Of a stretch of DNA of 64,000 bases, positions 28,632 to 37,495 are shown one piece after another. Both the position numbers and the translations under genes were made by a program. The stretch comes from a virus (Duplodnaviria > Caudoviricetes), in IMG/VR virus record IMGVR_UViG_3300046689_000961, positions 575 to 64,574 of that record; one strand, given 5' to 3'. Numbering within the stretch: position 1 is the first letter of the stretch; every line of letters starts with the position of its first letter. Under the pieces are notes generated by a model, which was not told where the DNA came from, ran no database searches, and saw only the letters and a list, made by a program, of their open reading frames with translations.

Positions 28632-29390
28632 CTAGTGCGTCCGCGCGGCGACGAGGGCTTCGTACTCGGCGACGGCGTCTTGCACCAGCCCCGGCTTCCC
28701 ATCGGAAACGGGAGCCAGCGCGTCCAGCGGCGAGGGGGCTTGACCATTGACCGGAACGATGGGCCGATCGGCGCCGCGGCGGCGCTCTTCCCCGAGGCGC
28801 TTCTGCACCTCGGCTTCGATCAGCTTGGTCCGGTCGGTCGTAGCCTTCTCGTCAAGGCGCTCCTTGAAGCGGGCCTGGTACACCCCGTCGAGCCCGAGCT
28901 GACCCACACGCGGGTCGGTCACGAGTTCACGGAGGTTCAGGGCCTCGCCAAAGGTCGCCAGATGCTGGTCACGCAGGCGGTTGGATTCGAGATAGAAGGC
29001 CAGCTGGCCCTCTTCCCGAAGATTGAGGGCCTGCTCAAATTCCTTCTTGCGAAGGACGTCGGCGGGGACCTCGGGGGTCGTGGTCGAGCCTCCCTCGGGG
29101 GTCCAGCCTTTGTCGAGCGCGGCGGCGCCAAGTTTGGCGGCGGCTTCGTTCTGCGTCCACCAGGCGTCGAGCTTGGCTTGGTGGTCGCGCAGGCGGGCCT
29201 CCGATTGCTTGACTTCGTCGAGCGCGCGCGAGTGATCAGCCCGGCGCAAGGCGGCGTTCCCGAGTTCTTCGAGCGCAGGCGCAGCCGCAGGGTCATTCCA
29301 GATGGCCCGAGCCGCGTCGGCTTTGTCCTGGGGGAGCTTCCCGAGGACGGTTTCAAGGACGGATTTACCCGCCTGGAGGAGATCAGCCAC
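28632..29390 (-). CDS. Capsid scaffolding protein
   Basis: Charged and helical, LRRADHSR motif, directly upstream of the capsid gene. Confidence 0.7.
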   Translation of the reverse strand: MADLLQAGKSVLETVLGKLPQDKADAARAIWNDPAAAPALEELGNAALRRADHSRALDEVKQSEARLRDHQAKLDAWWTQNEAAAKLGAAALDKGWTPEGGSTTTPEVPADVLRKKEFEQALNLREEGQLAFYLESNRLRDQHLATFGEALNLRELVTDPRVGQLGLDGVYQARFKERLDEKATTDRTKLIEAEVQKRLGEERRRGADRPIVPVNGQAPSPLDALAPVSDGKPGLVQDAVAEYEALVAARTH

Positions 29391-29397
29391 AGTCTAC

Positions 29398-29820
29398 CTA
29401 CCCTTGCTGGGGCAAGCGTGGGGGGCCGTTCTGGTCGATCCCACCGCCGGGGAATCCCGGGCCAGTGGAGGTCGGAGAGGTCGGCCCCGCGCCGGCCAGT
29501 TGGAGTTTGCTCATTGCACTTTGGAGGGCCGTGAGGACGGCCGCCCAATCTTGGGCCAGGTCTGGGGTCGCCTGGGCGAAACTGTTGAGGGTCTGCACCA
29601 TCGCGTCGGCGGCCGACTGCATCCCGGAGAGCATCTCGGGCGGCAGCTGGGCGGACGCGATCGGCGGGGCCATCTGCCCCATCGGGGGCATCGGGTTGCC
29701 GTTGCCCTGACCGAGCGACTGCGTCATGGACGGGGGCGGCCCGTCGAGTTGATTAGCGCCCGGGGTCGTCCCGGGGACCGGGAGACCGGCGCCGACTGAG
29801 CCGCCGCCACCGCCGAACAT
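29398..29820 (-). CDS. Hypothetical Pro/Gly/Gln-rich protein
   Basis: 140 aa between portal and scaffold. Confidence 0.6.
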   Translation of the reverse strand: MFGGGGGSVGAGLPVPGTTPGANQLDGPPPSMTQSLGQGNGNPMPPMGQMAPPIASAQLPPEMLSGMQSAADAMVQTLNSFAQATPDLAQDWAAVLTALQSAMSKLQLAGAGPTSPTSTGPGFPGGGIDQNGPPRLPQQG

Positions 29821-29985
29821 CTAGCGCCGTCCCTTCATGCCGCCCATCGAGCGGCCGGGGGAGGTGAGCGTGCCGGGCTTGGCCGGTGGCTTCTTGCCGC
29901 CGGGGGTCGTCGGCTTCCGGACCGACGACAGAATGCCCGTCGGGCCGGTCGGCTTGTCCATCACGGTCGGGCGAGGGGTCGGCAT
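29821..29985 (-). CDS. Tiny basic protein (54 aa)
   Basis: Hand translation MPTPRPTVMDKPTG...GRSMGGMKGRR. Confidence 0.55.
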   Translation of the reverse strand: MPTPRPTVMDKPTGPTGILSSVRKPTTPGGKKPPAKPGTLTSPGRSMGGMKGRR

Positions 29986-29988
29986 GGG

Positions 29989-30168
29989 CTAGCGTCCTTT
30001 GCTCATCGACTTGGGCGCGGCCGGCGCCTTGCCGCCGTGCTTGCGCGCTTCCGAGAGGCTGATCGCGATCGCCTGCTTGCGCGAGGTGACCTTCGGGCCG
30101 CCCTTGCCCGAGTGCAGGTCGCCCGACTTGAACTCTTTCATGCCCTGCTCGACGGTGGAGAACGGCAT
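29989..30168 (-). CDS. Tiny basic protein, DUF6496-like (59 aa)
   Basis: Hand translation contains MKEFKSGDLHSGKGGPKVTSRKQAIAISLSEARK. Confidence 0.7.
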   Translation of the reverse strand: MPFSTVEQGMKEFKSGDLHSGKGGPKVTSRKQAIAISLSEARKHGGKAPAAPKSMSKGR

Positions 30169-30172
30169 GGCG

Positions 30173-30373
30173 CTACCGCGTCCCGGCGATCTTGCGCATG
30201 TGTCGCGCCTTGCTCGCCGCGTGCTTCTTGATGGCGCCGTGCAGGCCGGGCTTCGACTTGATCGCCTCGGCCTGTTCCATCGTCCGCAGGCCGTCCTCGA
30301 CGTCGTACTTGTCGTGGCCGTGCAGCTGCGGCGGCTTGTGCGACGACGGCATGCCGACGGGTGAACTGCCCAT
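30173..30373 (-). CDS. Tiny basic His/Lys-rich protein
   Basis: 66 aa, YDVEDGLRTMEQAEAIK; in a tandem array. Confidence 0.6.
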   Translation of the reverse strand: MGSSPVGMPSSHKPPQLHGHDKYDVEDGLRTMEQAEAIKSKPGLHGAIKKHAASKARHMRKIAGTR

Positions 30374-30378
30374 GGCCG

Positions 30379-30570
30379 TTACCGCTTCCCCGACATGTGG
30401 CCGGCGCCCATCGGGTGGTGGCCCGAGGCTTTGTGGGCCGCGTGCTTGCCCGACTTCCCGCCGCGCTTGCCGCCCTTGTCGAGGTTGATCGCGGGCGCCT
30501 TGATTTCATTCCCCTTGGAGGAGGCGCCAGGAATCGTGTGCAGCTCTTTCCCGTAGGTGGGTGCGGCCAT
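30379..30570 (-). CDS. Tiny basic His/Lys/Gly-rich protein
   Basis: 63 aa, KGGKRGGKSGKHAAHK. Confidence 0.6.
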   Translation of the reverse strand: MAAPTYGKELHTIPGASSKGNEIKAPAINLDKGGKRGGKSGKHAAHKASGHHPMGAGHMSGKR

Positions 30571-30572
30571 TG

Positions 30573-30749
30573 CTAGCGTCCCTTCGCCATGGGCTTGGCG
30601 CCCTTGAGAGAGTGGCCGGAGGCGGCGGCCGACGCCATCTTCTTGGCGCCGTACTTCTTGCGACCCACGGCAGCGGCAACCGCGCCGGGGTTGCGCGCGC
30701 CGGATTTCGCGGCGGATGCCTCGACGGCCTTGAAGCCTTCGTACGCCAT
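30573..30749 (-). CDS. Tiny basic protein (58 aa)
   Basis: Hand translation MAYEGFKAVEASAAKSGARNPGAVAAAVGRKKYGAKKM...KPMAKGR. Confidence 0.65.
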   Translation of the reverse strand: MAYEGFKAVEASAAKSGARNPGAVAAAVGRKKYGAKKMASAAASGHSLKGAKPMAKGR

Positions 30750-30757
30750 GGGACGGG

Positions 30758-30787
30758 ATTGTGCGCGACTAATAGTGGCTGTGTCAA
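30758..30787 (-). promoter_or_regulatory. Sigma70-like promoter for the microprotein array
   Basis: TTGACA-N18-CACAAT, 8 nt before the ATG at 30749. Confidence 0.5.
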
Positions 30788-30797
30788 CAACCGACCA

Positions 30798-32951
30798 CTA
30801 GGTACCGGGGCCGGGACGGGAATTCGGTCCCTTGTCGTGCGTCGACTCGGCGACGGTGGTGCGGCCGTCCGACTTCTGCTCCATGTGCGGCGGGGCTTGC
30901 GCGGAGGCGGGACGGCCGGCGGCCGATTGGGTCATGCCGATCCCGAGCTGCGCCTGCGCTTGCAGCCGCTCGACAATCGTCACCGGCTCGCGGATCTCGA
31001 GAATCTGGCCGGTCGCCGGGTCGATGGTGTACTGCTGCGACAGCTGCGCGGCGAGCGCCGGGTCCTGCTGCGCCTGGAGCATCACCTGCTGGACGATCTG
31101 CGGGTCGAGCGGCTTCAGCGGCGGCAGCGGAATCTTCGGCGGCGCCCCAGCGTTCGGGATTTCGAGCGCCTCCCAGAGCGACCAGACATCCATCATGCCC
31201 ATGCGGGAGAGCTGGAGCTTCATCAGCTTCCCCTCCATGGCGTTGAGCGAGAGGATGGAATTGGGCGCCAGCACGAAGACGATCTTCTTGTGGACGCCCT
31301 GCGCCCGCTGGTCCCGCGTGAGCTGGGCGTCGATGAGCGGCGAGTACCCCGGCGTGCCGGGCGTGAGCGCCGGGACGAGCACCTCGGGGTCGAAGTCGAA
31401 GTCCTGGAGGAGCGTGCCGGCGTCGCCGAGGATCGTGACGCGGCGCGCGGACGACTCGTACTGGAAGCGCAGGACTTTGGACTGCTCGCCCACGTCGCGC
31501 AGGAAGGCTTCGACTTGCCGGCCCTCTTGACGCAGCTCGGGCGTGAGGGCCTGGAGCGCCTTGTCGATCGTGTCGGCGGCGGGCAGCTGCCGGAGCGCGA
31601 GAATCTCCTGGAGGTTCGGCGTACCCGAGAGCGAGTCGAATCGCTGCAGGAGGAACTGGATAATTTCCAGCGAGAGCTGCATCACCTGCGGCGGCGGCCC
31701 CTCGAGCGGCTTGAACCCTTCCTTGCTGCCGGTCGGGTTGAGCTTCACCTTGCTACCGGGCCGGCGCGCGTCGTACAGGCGCATGAAGGATTCGCTGACG
31801 GCCCCGCGGTCGTAGACGACGGCCGGGTCCATCCACTTGCGAATGCCGAGCAGCACGTCCTGAATCGACTGGTTGATCCCGTCCTGCATGGGAATCAGGT
31901 CGTTCAGGAGCCCCTGCCCGAGGAAATGCCACGGCAGGTCCCACATTTTGAGGCGGCTGACCGGGTACTGGCCGTGCCAGTACGGGGAGGGGCCGTCGTA
32001 GAGGATCTGCTCGGGGGTCGACACGACCATGCGCTTGTACGGGTAGAGGTACCCGCCGGGCGGCACGATGTACGACCAGGACGCGCCGGGCGTGCCCATG
32101 GGAATCGCTTTGGTCGTGAGGTTCTGCGAGCGGTCGTTGAGATAGGTCCGGTAGAGGAGGATCTCGCCACTGCGCACGCGCGAGGCCATGGCCGGCGCGT
32201 TCAGGCCCGAGAGCGTGTCGTTGGCGGGGGACAAGAAGCGGCCAGAGATTTGACGGAACCGGCCCATGAGGGTACTGAGCATCGAGTCGGTGGTGGGCCG
32301 GAAGGCCGAGGCGTACTGCGGGTAGAGCGACCGCAGGACGTTCACCGTGTGCGATTCGCGCAGAATGAGCCCTTCCCAGTTCTGGACCGAGCGGCCGTGT
32401 GGGGCCGGGCGAATCGGGAGGGTGTCGCGGAAGTCGCGCGCCTGGATCGCGATGTCGCCGCCGAGGGTGGTGTACGGGTTCCACTCGGTGACCAGATCCC
32501 CGGTGCCGGCCGCCTCGGCGTACTTGATGACGTAGCCCAGTTCGATGTCGGCCATGGCGGTGACCCACCAGGCGACGGTCAGCTTGTTGAGATAGTCGGC
32601 CTGGAGCGTGAAGGCCGGGTCCATCGACTTGTAGGAGAAGAGCGGCTTCAGGTCCGTGAGGGCCGAGACGTGGGCGTTCACGACGCGGCGCGATTCGTTG
32701 AGCGTCGTCCGCGGGAGGTAGGCCGGCGGCTCGGCGGCGTTCTCGGCATTCACGCGCTGGTCGCCCGAGACGTACCGCATCCCGATTTCGGCGCGGTCGT
32801 AGAAGGGGTCCGAGCGGTTGATCCGGTCGCCCTCCATGACGGCTTCCTTGATCCAGCCGAGGACGCGCGGGTCGCCGGTGCCGCTGACCGCATCGTGCGT
32901 GAGGGAGGGAAGGCCCATGCCTTCGAGGCCCGAGGACGAGTAATCCGCCAT
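30798..32951 (-). CDS. Portal protein
   Basis: 717 aa between terminase and scaffold; LYDGPSPYWHGQYP, GQGLLNDLIPMQDGIN; Gln-rich tail. Confidence 0.85.
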   Translation of the reverse strand: MADYSSSGLEGMGLPSLTHDAVSGTGDPRVLGWIKEAVMEGDRINRSDPFYDRAEIGMRYVSGDQRVNAENAAEPPAYLPRTTLNESRRVVNAHVSALTDLKPLFSYKSMDPAFTLQADYLNKLTVAWWVTAMADIELGYVIKYAEAAGTGDLVTEWNPYTTLGGDIAIQARDFRDTLPIRPAPHGRSVQNWEGLILRESHTVNVLRSLYPQYASAFRPTTDSMLSTLMGRFRQISGRFLSPANDTLSGLNAPAMASRVRSGEILLYRTYLNDRSQNLTTKAIPMGTPGASWSYIVPPGGYLYPYKRMVVSTPEQILYDGPSPYWHGQYPVSRLKMWDLPWHFLGQGLLNDLIPMQDGINQSIQDVLLGIRKWMDPAVVYDRGAVSESFMRLYDARRPGSKVKLNPTGSKEGFKPLEGPPPQVMQLSLEIIQFLLQRFDSLSGTPNLQEILALRQLPAADTIDKALQALTPELRQEGRQVEAFLRDVGEQSKVLRFQYESSARRVTILGDAGTLLQDFDFDPEVLVPALTPGTPGYSPLIDAQLTRDQRAQGVHKKIVFVLAPNSILSLNAMEGKLMKLQLSRMGMMDVWSLWEALEIPNAGAPPKIPLPPLKPLDPQIVQQVMLQAQQDPALAAQLSQQYTIDPATGQILEIREPVTIVERLQAQAQLGIGMTQSAAGRPASAQAPPHMEQKSDGRTTVAESTHDKGPNSRPGPGT

Positions 32952-32960
32952 GAGCGGAGA

Positions 32961-33473
32961 CTATAGCGCGTCGAGGGGCGAGGGTGTCGACTCGGTGACG
33001 CCCGGGCCGAGGTCGCCGGTCGGCTCGCCGCCCACCGCGCGCACCTTCAGCTTGGAAGATTTCGTCGGCGCTTCCGACGGGTCGGCCATGAGCGAGTGCA
33101 CGTCGCGGTTCGAGCGGTCCTGGGAATAGTCGCGCCACGCCATCGGGCGGCCCTCGCCGTTCCGGTACCGCTGCTCGGATTCGCGCTCGACCTTGCGGAG
33201 CTTGGCGAGCGAGTCGATATGCTCGGTGCGGTAGCCGCCGCGGCCGTCTTCGACCGAGGTGGAAAACTCGCCGAAGGGCTCGTAGGCGTCGACGGCGACA
33301 CGTGGGGGGAGGATGACGAGCGGGTCGCCACACGTCCCGCAGGTCGGCCGCTCGAAGTCCTGCGTCACGCGGTAGCCGTCACGGACGCGCGGTTCGGGGA
33401 GCGTGTACAGGCGGCTGTAGACGTTCCGCGAGACGGCCCCGCAGCTTGGGCATTGATAATCGTGGTTCGGCAC
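32961..33473 (-). CDS. FmdB-like zinc-ribbon protein
   Basis: MPNHDYQCPSCG...PTCGTCG. Confidence 0.65.
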   Translation of the reverse strand: MPNHDYQCPSCGAVSRNVYSRLYTLPEPRVRDGYRVTQDFERPTCGTCGDPLVILPPRVAVDAYEPFGEFSTSVEDGRGGYRTEHIDSLAKLRKVERESEQRYRNGEGRPMAWRDYSQDRSNRDVHSLMADPSEAPTKSSKLKVRAVGGEPTGDLGPGVTESTPSPLDAL

Positions 33474-33476
33474 GGG

Positions 33477-33989
33477 CTAGGCTCGCGCGGCCTTCGGGGC
33501 CTTGGCGGCGGGCTTGAGCGCCGGCGGCGGCACGCCAATCGCCGCATCCAACCGCGCGTCCTCGTCCGCCTGCGCCGCTTCCCGCACGAGCACCGGCAGG
33601 TCGCCCGTCGCCTTCCAGAAGAACTGGTCGTTGAAGGTGCGCAGGATCTCGCGGATGAGGCGCTCGACGGGCAGCCCTTGGCGGGCGGCGCGCGTCTCGA
33701 GTTCCACCAGCTGCGACGGCGTGAAGTCGAGGTCGACCCGGTGGAAGCGGATCCCGGCCAGCTGCGACACGCGGATGACGAGGTCGGCCACGCTGGTAAA
33801 CGTCACCGCGCCGAGCTTCTTGGCGAGGAGTTCGAGGGTGGCCTGATCGAGCGTGAGATGCGGGCGGCCGAGCGTCGGGGCGGCATGGACCAGCTGGTCG
33901 GCGATGACCGATTCGACCGGCAGCGCGTGGGCGTCGGCGTACTGGGAGTAGAGGTCGACCAGGTCGTCAGGGAGGGAGACGCGCATCAC
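33477..33989 (-). CDS. Putative tandem ribbon-helix-helix DNA-binding protein
   Basis: MRVSLPDDLVDLY...LPVESVI and VDLDFTPSQLVELETRAARQGLPVERLIREIL. Confidence 0.5.
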   Translation of the reverse strand: MMRVSLPDDLVDLYSQYADAHALPVESVIADQLVHAAPTLGRPHLTLDQATLELLAKKLGAVTFTSVADLVIRVSQLAGIRFHRVDLDFTPSQLVELETRAARQGLPVERLIREILRTFNDQFFWKATGDLPVLVREAAQADEDARLDAAIGVPPPALKPAAKAPKAARA

Positions 33990-34001
33990 ACACCTCGCGG
34001 G

Positions 34002-34958
34002 CTAGATAGTGAAGAACCCGTCATGGGCACTCACGTCCGTCGCGCGCAGATCATACAACGCCTCTTCGTCGGCCGCCTCGGTCGCGTCCGGGCCGGTCGG
34101 GAGCGAGGTGGCTTCCTCGGCCGTGCAGGCCGTGTTGCGAAAGTCGGGGGTGCCGGCCTGGGTGGCTTCAGCCACCCGAGCGAGCACGCTTTTCTGCTCG
34201 CTCCGCCGACGGCGCCGATCTTCGAGCGGTTCCTGCTCCCCCGCTCGAAGCCGCCAGGTGCAGTAGTAGGCGATCGCCGCCGCCATGATGCGGTCGTCAT
34301 GGGCGCCCTTGGCGGCCTCGGCTTCCCAGAGCGCGCCCTGCGTCTGGAAGTCTTTGAGTTCCTCGTGCAGGTGCGGCGAGTGCGTGATGAGGTCCGGGAG
34401 GCCGGTGACCGCGTCGCGGGTCGTGAGCGCCGTGCGGAACTTGTCGAGGAGGATCGGGCGGGTGCGCGTCGTCGTCATCCAGCCGATCTTGGTCGAGAAC
34501 CGCGCCGACGGGTCGGCCGAGTCGTAGTACTCCCACCGGTAGAAGTGGGTGTACCCCAGGTGGAGTTGCAGCGTGTCCTGGGTCGACAGGCCGTGGTTGT
34601 TGCACTCGATGGCGACGAGCGCCTCGTACCCGGACTCGTCGCGGTACCAGTCGCCGAGCGCGAGGAGAATCGACGCGAATTCGGCCGGCGCGATGGTGTC
34701 ACTGGCAAACTCGGCGACCTGCTCGTCGGGCTCGTCGATCGATCCCTGGCGCACGACTTGGGCGACCGAGCGATCGAGCCCGAGGCCGTCGCCGATGTCG
34801 GCGCCGATGACGTAGCGGTAGGTGCCACGCCGGCGGGGCGGTTCATAGCAGAGGAGGAGATCCAGACCGAGGGACGTGGCCTCGGCGGTCTCGCGGAGTT
34901 CCTGCGCCGAGGGCACGCGGAAGCCCATGCCGGCTGGGAGGATCAGGGGCTCGCTCAT
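34002..34958 (-). CDS. terL: Terminase large subunit, RNase H-like nuclease half
   Basis: YVIGADIGDGLGLDRS, AIECNNHG, IGWMTT..TRP, GAHDDRIMAAAIA; starts at an ATGA overlap (34955-34958). Confidence 0.88.
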   Translation of the reverse strand: MSEPLILPAGMGFRVPSAQELRETAEATSLGLDLLLCYEPPRRRGTYRYVIGADIGDGLGLDRSVAQVVRQGSIDEPDEQVAEFASDTIAPAEFASILLALGDWYRDESGYEALVAIECNNHGLSTQDTLQLHLGYTHFYRWEYYDSADPSARFSTKIGWMTTTRTRPILLDKFRTALTTRDAVTGLPDLITHSPHLHEELKDFQTQGALWEAEAAKGAHDDRIMAAAIAYYCTWRLRAGEQEPLEDRRRRRSEQKSVLARVAEATQAGTPDFRNTACTAEEATSLPTGPDATEAADEEALYDLRATDVSAHDGFFTI

Positions 34959-36268
34959 GGGCGTGGGGCGCCTGAGCGCCCCTCGTCGCTGCGTTCCCAC
35001 GCTCTGAGGGTCGCGATGTCCTTAGCCGGCTCGATTTTCAGAATCCGCGGCGCGGTCTCCTGCCGGCGGACGGCCTCGAGGGTGGCGGCGGTAAAGACCG
35101 AGCGGCCCGAGTACTGAAACATCTCGGCGGGCGTCGCCGGGTACTCCTCGTAAAACTTGTACAGGTCGCCCTTCTCGGTGTACATGTCGCGCGTCTGCTC
35201 GTACCAGGCCAGCTGCTCACGCGTGAGCCGGATGGTCTTGCCGAAGAGCCACTCGGGGGATTCGCGCTCGACGGCCACCGCATGGGCGAGCGTGCCCGCG
35301 TCGGGCTGCCACGAGAGACTCGTCGGGACGGCCCAGTACTTCTCGGGCTCGACGTACCACGGGATGAAGATGTTGCGGAACCGCGTCTTCCCCCGCGCGG
35401 TCGCCGTCCAGTGCGTGTGCCACCAGTCGTGCCGGCCCTTGGCGGTGGATTCAAACCCGGCGAAGGACCGCGGGCGACGAGGAATCGCTGGGATTAACCC
35501 ATCGTCGATCTGGTCGGGCTTCTCCCAGGTCGAGAGTTCCGAGAGGTGCACCCGGCCGAAGGTTTTGCCGCGGCCGATGTTGCCCTTGGCTTTGGCGTCG
35601 TCGGCCAAGCCGCCGCGAGACGACTTGCCCCAGGCGGTGCGGACTTCCGTCCGGTTGGTTGCGGTCGACCAGAACCGGCCGGTGTCGTAGGCCCCAAGCG
35701 TCGGCAGCAGCCACCACGGGAGTTCCTTGACGATGCCCTCGAAGAGGCTGAAGAGGTACTTCGACTGGTCCTCGACGTCGGCGGCGACGAGTCCCCGCAA
35801 GGCCGTTTGCGTCGTCGCGCCGTGCGCCATGATGACTTCCAGTTCGGTGGAGAGGCCCAGCTGGCGGGCTTTGCCGACGTTCACGAGGACGCCGTTTTGG
35901 CTGCCCGCGCGGAACTGGTCGATCTCCATGGCGGCGACGTGGTCGAGGAAGAGCTGCTGGCTCGCCCAGCGCGGATGGATGGGCGCGGCGTCCTGGGTCT
36001 CCTTCGTGATGACGGCCCAGGCGTCGCTCCAGTAGCGGTAGTCGAGCTTGGCGAGGAGCAGCTCGTGCGTGATGAAGTCGGACTCGGCTGACGTGAGGGC
36101 GCGCGAGGCGGGCTCGCCCTTTTTCTTCGGGGCGGCTGAGGCGAGCTGGTCGCGCATCGTCCAGCGTTCGTCGAGCGAGCGGCGGACGAGACGGCCGCCG
36201 GGCAGCGTCCCCTTCAGGGACGCACTGACCGCGCGTTCAGCGCGGTCGATGACCTCGGGGTGGAACAC
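34955..36268 (-). CDS. terL: Terminase large subunit, ATPase half
   Basis: Walker A-like GKARQLGLST, GRGKT, Walker B VHLSE, coupling motif FESTAKG, IFIPWY, EEYPATPAEMF. Confidence 0.88.
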   Translation of the reverse strand: MFHPEVIDRAERAVSASLKGTLPGGRLVRRSLDERWTMRDQLASAAPKKKGEPASRALTSAESDFITHELLLAKLDYRYWSDAWAVITKETQDAAPIHPRWASQQLFLDHVAAMEIDQFRAGSQNGVLVNVGKARQLGLSTELEVIMAHGATTQTALRGLVAADVEDQSKYLFSLFEGIVKELPWWLLPTLGAYDTGRFWSTATNRTEVRTAWGKSSRGGLADDAKAKGNIGRGKTFGRVHLSELSTWEKPDQIDDGLIPAIPRRPRSFAGFESTAKGRHDWWHTHWTATARGKTRFRNIFIPWYVEPEKYWAVPTSLSWQPDAGTLAHAVAVERESPEWLFGKTIRLTREQLAWYEQTRDMYTEKGDLYKFYEEYPATPAEMFQYSGRSVFTAATLEAVRRQETAPRILKIEPAKDIATLRAWERSDEGRSGAPRP

Positions 36269-36277
36269 GCGGCCAGT

Positions 36278-36478
36278 CTACGCTTTTGGATGGGCGGCGA
36301 GCCACGCCTCGTCGGTGGCAATCGACGACGCGCAGGCCGAGAGGTACGCCGCGATGACCTCGGCGTCGGTCGGCGGGGCGACGCCGGGATTGCGCGACGC
36401 GAAGGCGGCCTTGAGGAAGCCGATGAGGGCCGGCAGCTCCTGGATGGCGATCGTGACGAGCGGGGCGGCGGCGCCCAT
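36278..36478 (-). CDS. Small hypothetical protein in lysis-like cluster
   Basis: 66 aa, TAATG coupling to the upstream lipoprotein gene. Confidence 0.55.
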   Translation of the reverse strand: MGAAAPLVTIAIQELPALIGFLKAAFASRNPGVAPPTDAEVIAAYLSACASSIATDEAWLAAHPKA

Positions 36479-36912
36479 TAGCTGAGTCCTGCGATGAGGG
36501 TCTGGAGGAGGACGAGGTACGGCGCGATGACGTGCTGCTGGGCCGGGGTGAGCGTCTTACTGAACTCGGTCACGGCGGTCGAGACGGCCACCTGCCAACC
36601 CTGATCGGTCGCCTGCAACGTCTTGATCGTCGCCTCGTGGAACTGCACCACCAGCCGCGTGTCGTCGGTCGAGAGCACGGGCGGCGTCTGCGCATTGGCG
36701 AGGATGGCGGTGTCCCGCACGAGGTCGAGCGCCTTCACGACGCGCGTCTTGTTGAAGGCGGTCGCGCCGGCCGGCGAGAGGTTCGGGGGCGTCGTCGGGC
36801 AGGCCGTGAAGACGATCACGCTGAAGAGGATGAACGCCGCCAGCGGCGCGGCGACCAGCACCTCGGGGCGACGGCCGATGAGGGTATCGAGTCGGCGCAA
36901 TAGGAGACGCAT
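36478..36912 (-). CDS. Putative lipoprotein (spanin-like candidate)
   Basis: Basic N-region, hydrophobic helix, lipobox-like FTAC. Confidence 0.55.
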   Translation of the reverse strand: MRLLLRRLDTLIGRRPEVLVAAPLAAFILFSVIVFTACPTTPPNLSPAGATAFNKTRVVKALDLVRDTAILANAQTPPVLSTDDTRLVVQFHEATIKTLQATDQGWQVAVSTAVTEFSKTLTPAQQHVIAPYLVLLQTLIAGLS

Positions 36913-36914
36913 AA

Positions 36915-37142
36915 CTACTGCCCATCCTTCGGCATGAGGTGGAGCGACTGAGCGACGGCCGCCGTGGCCGACCCTTCGGTCGGGGCGCCGGCGACGAGCG
37001 CCACGACGAACGAGCCGATCATGCCAATCACCGCGCCGATGAACGGCGGGTGCGTGGCCTCGACCCAGGTGGGGAGCGTCGAGACGAGGGCCGACAGCGC
37101 GGTGAAGAAGGCCCCGAGGGCCACCCAGTGCAAGGTGCGCAT
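36915..37142 (-). CDS. Putative holin (two transmembrane helices)
   Basis: 75 aa with two hydrophobic segments. Confidence 0.55.
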   Translation of the reverse strand: MRTLHWVALGAFFTALSALVSTLPTWVEATHPPFIGAVIGMIGSFVVALVAGAPTEGSATAAVAQSLHLMPKDGQ

Positions 37143-37263
37143 ATGGGCCGAGAGTCTACCAGAGATGCGACGGAAGGGAAGCCCCCCGGGGGGCCGTCCA
37201 TGGGGTCCGCCTCGGGGTGAGGTGGCCCAGTCCCGTCGGCGACCCGCCCGGGGGAAGGCGAAC

Positions 37264-37464
37264 CTAGCGCAACCGGGGAATCTGCGGGTCGTAGTGGGTG
37301 AGGCCGAGCGCGGTCGCCAGCGTCACCAGAATCACGAGAATCGCGACGCCCCAGATGACCTGCTGGACCAGCACCGGCGCCTCGAACTTCTTCGCGATGA
37401 GGACAGCGAACCACGCGAGGACCACACACACGATGACGAGGAGGAAGAACTCGACGATGCCCAT
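37264..37464 (-). CDS. Small two-helix membrane protein
   Basis: MGIVEFFLLVIVCVVLAWF...VIWGVAILVILV; RBS AGGAG. Confidence 0.65.
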   Translation of the reverse strand: MGIVEFFLLVIVCVVLAWFAVLIAKKFEAPVLVQQVIWGVAILVILVTLATALGLTHYDPQIPRLR

Positions 37465-37495
37465 GGGGTCTCCTGTCCGGGGATGCGGGGGCAGT

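Noticed and set aside
34940-35000. Intron or intein interrupting the terminase
   Set aside because: There is no intervening sequence; the two ORFs overlap directly by ATGA.
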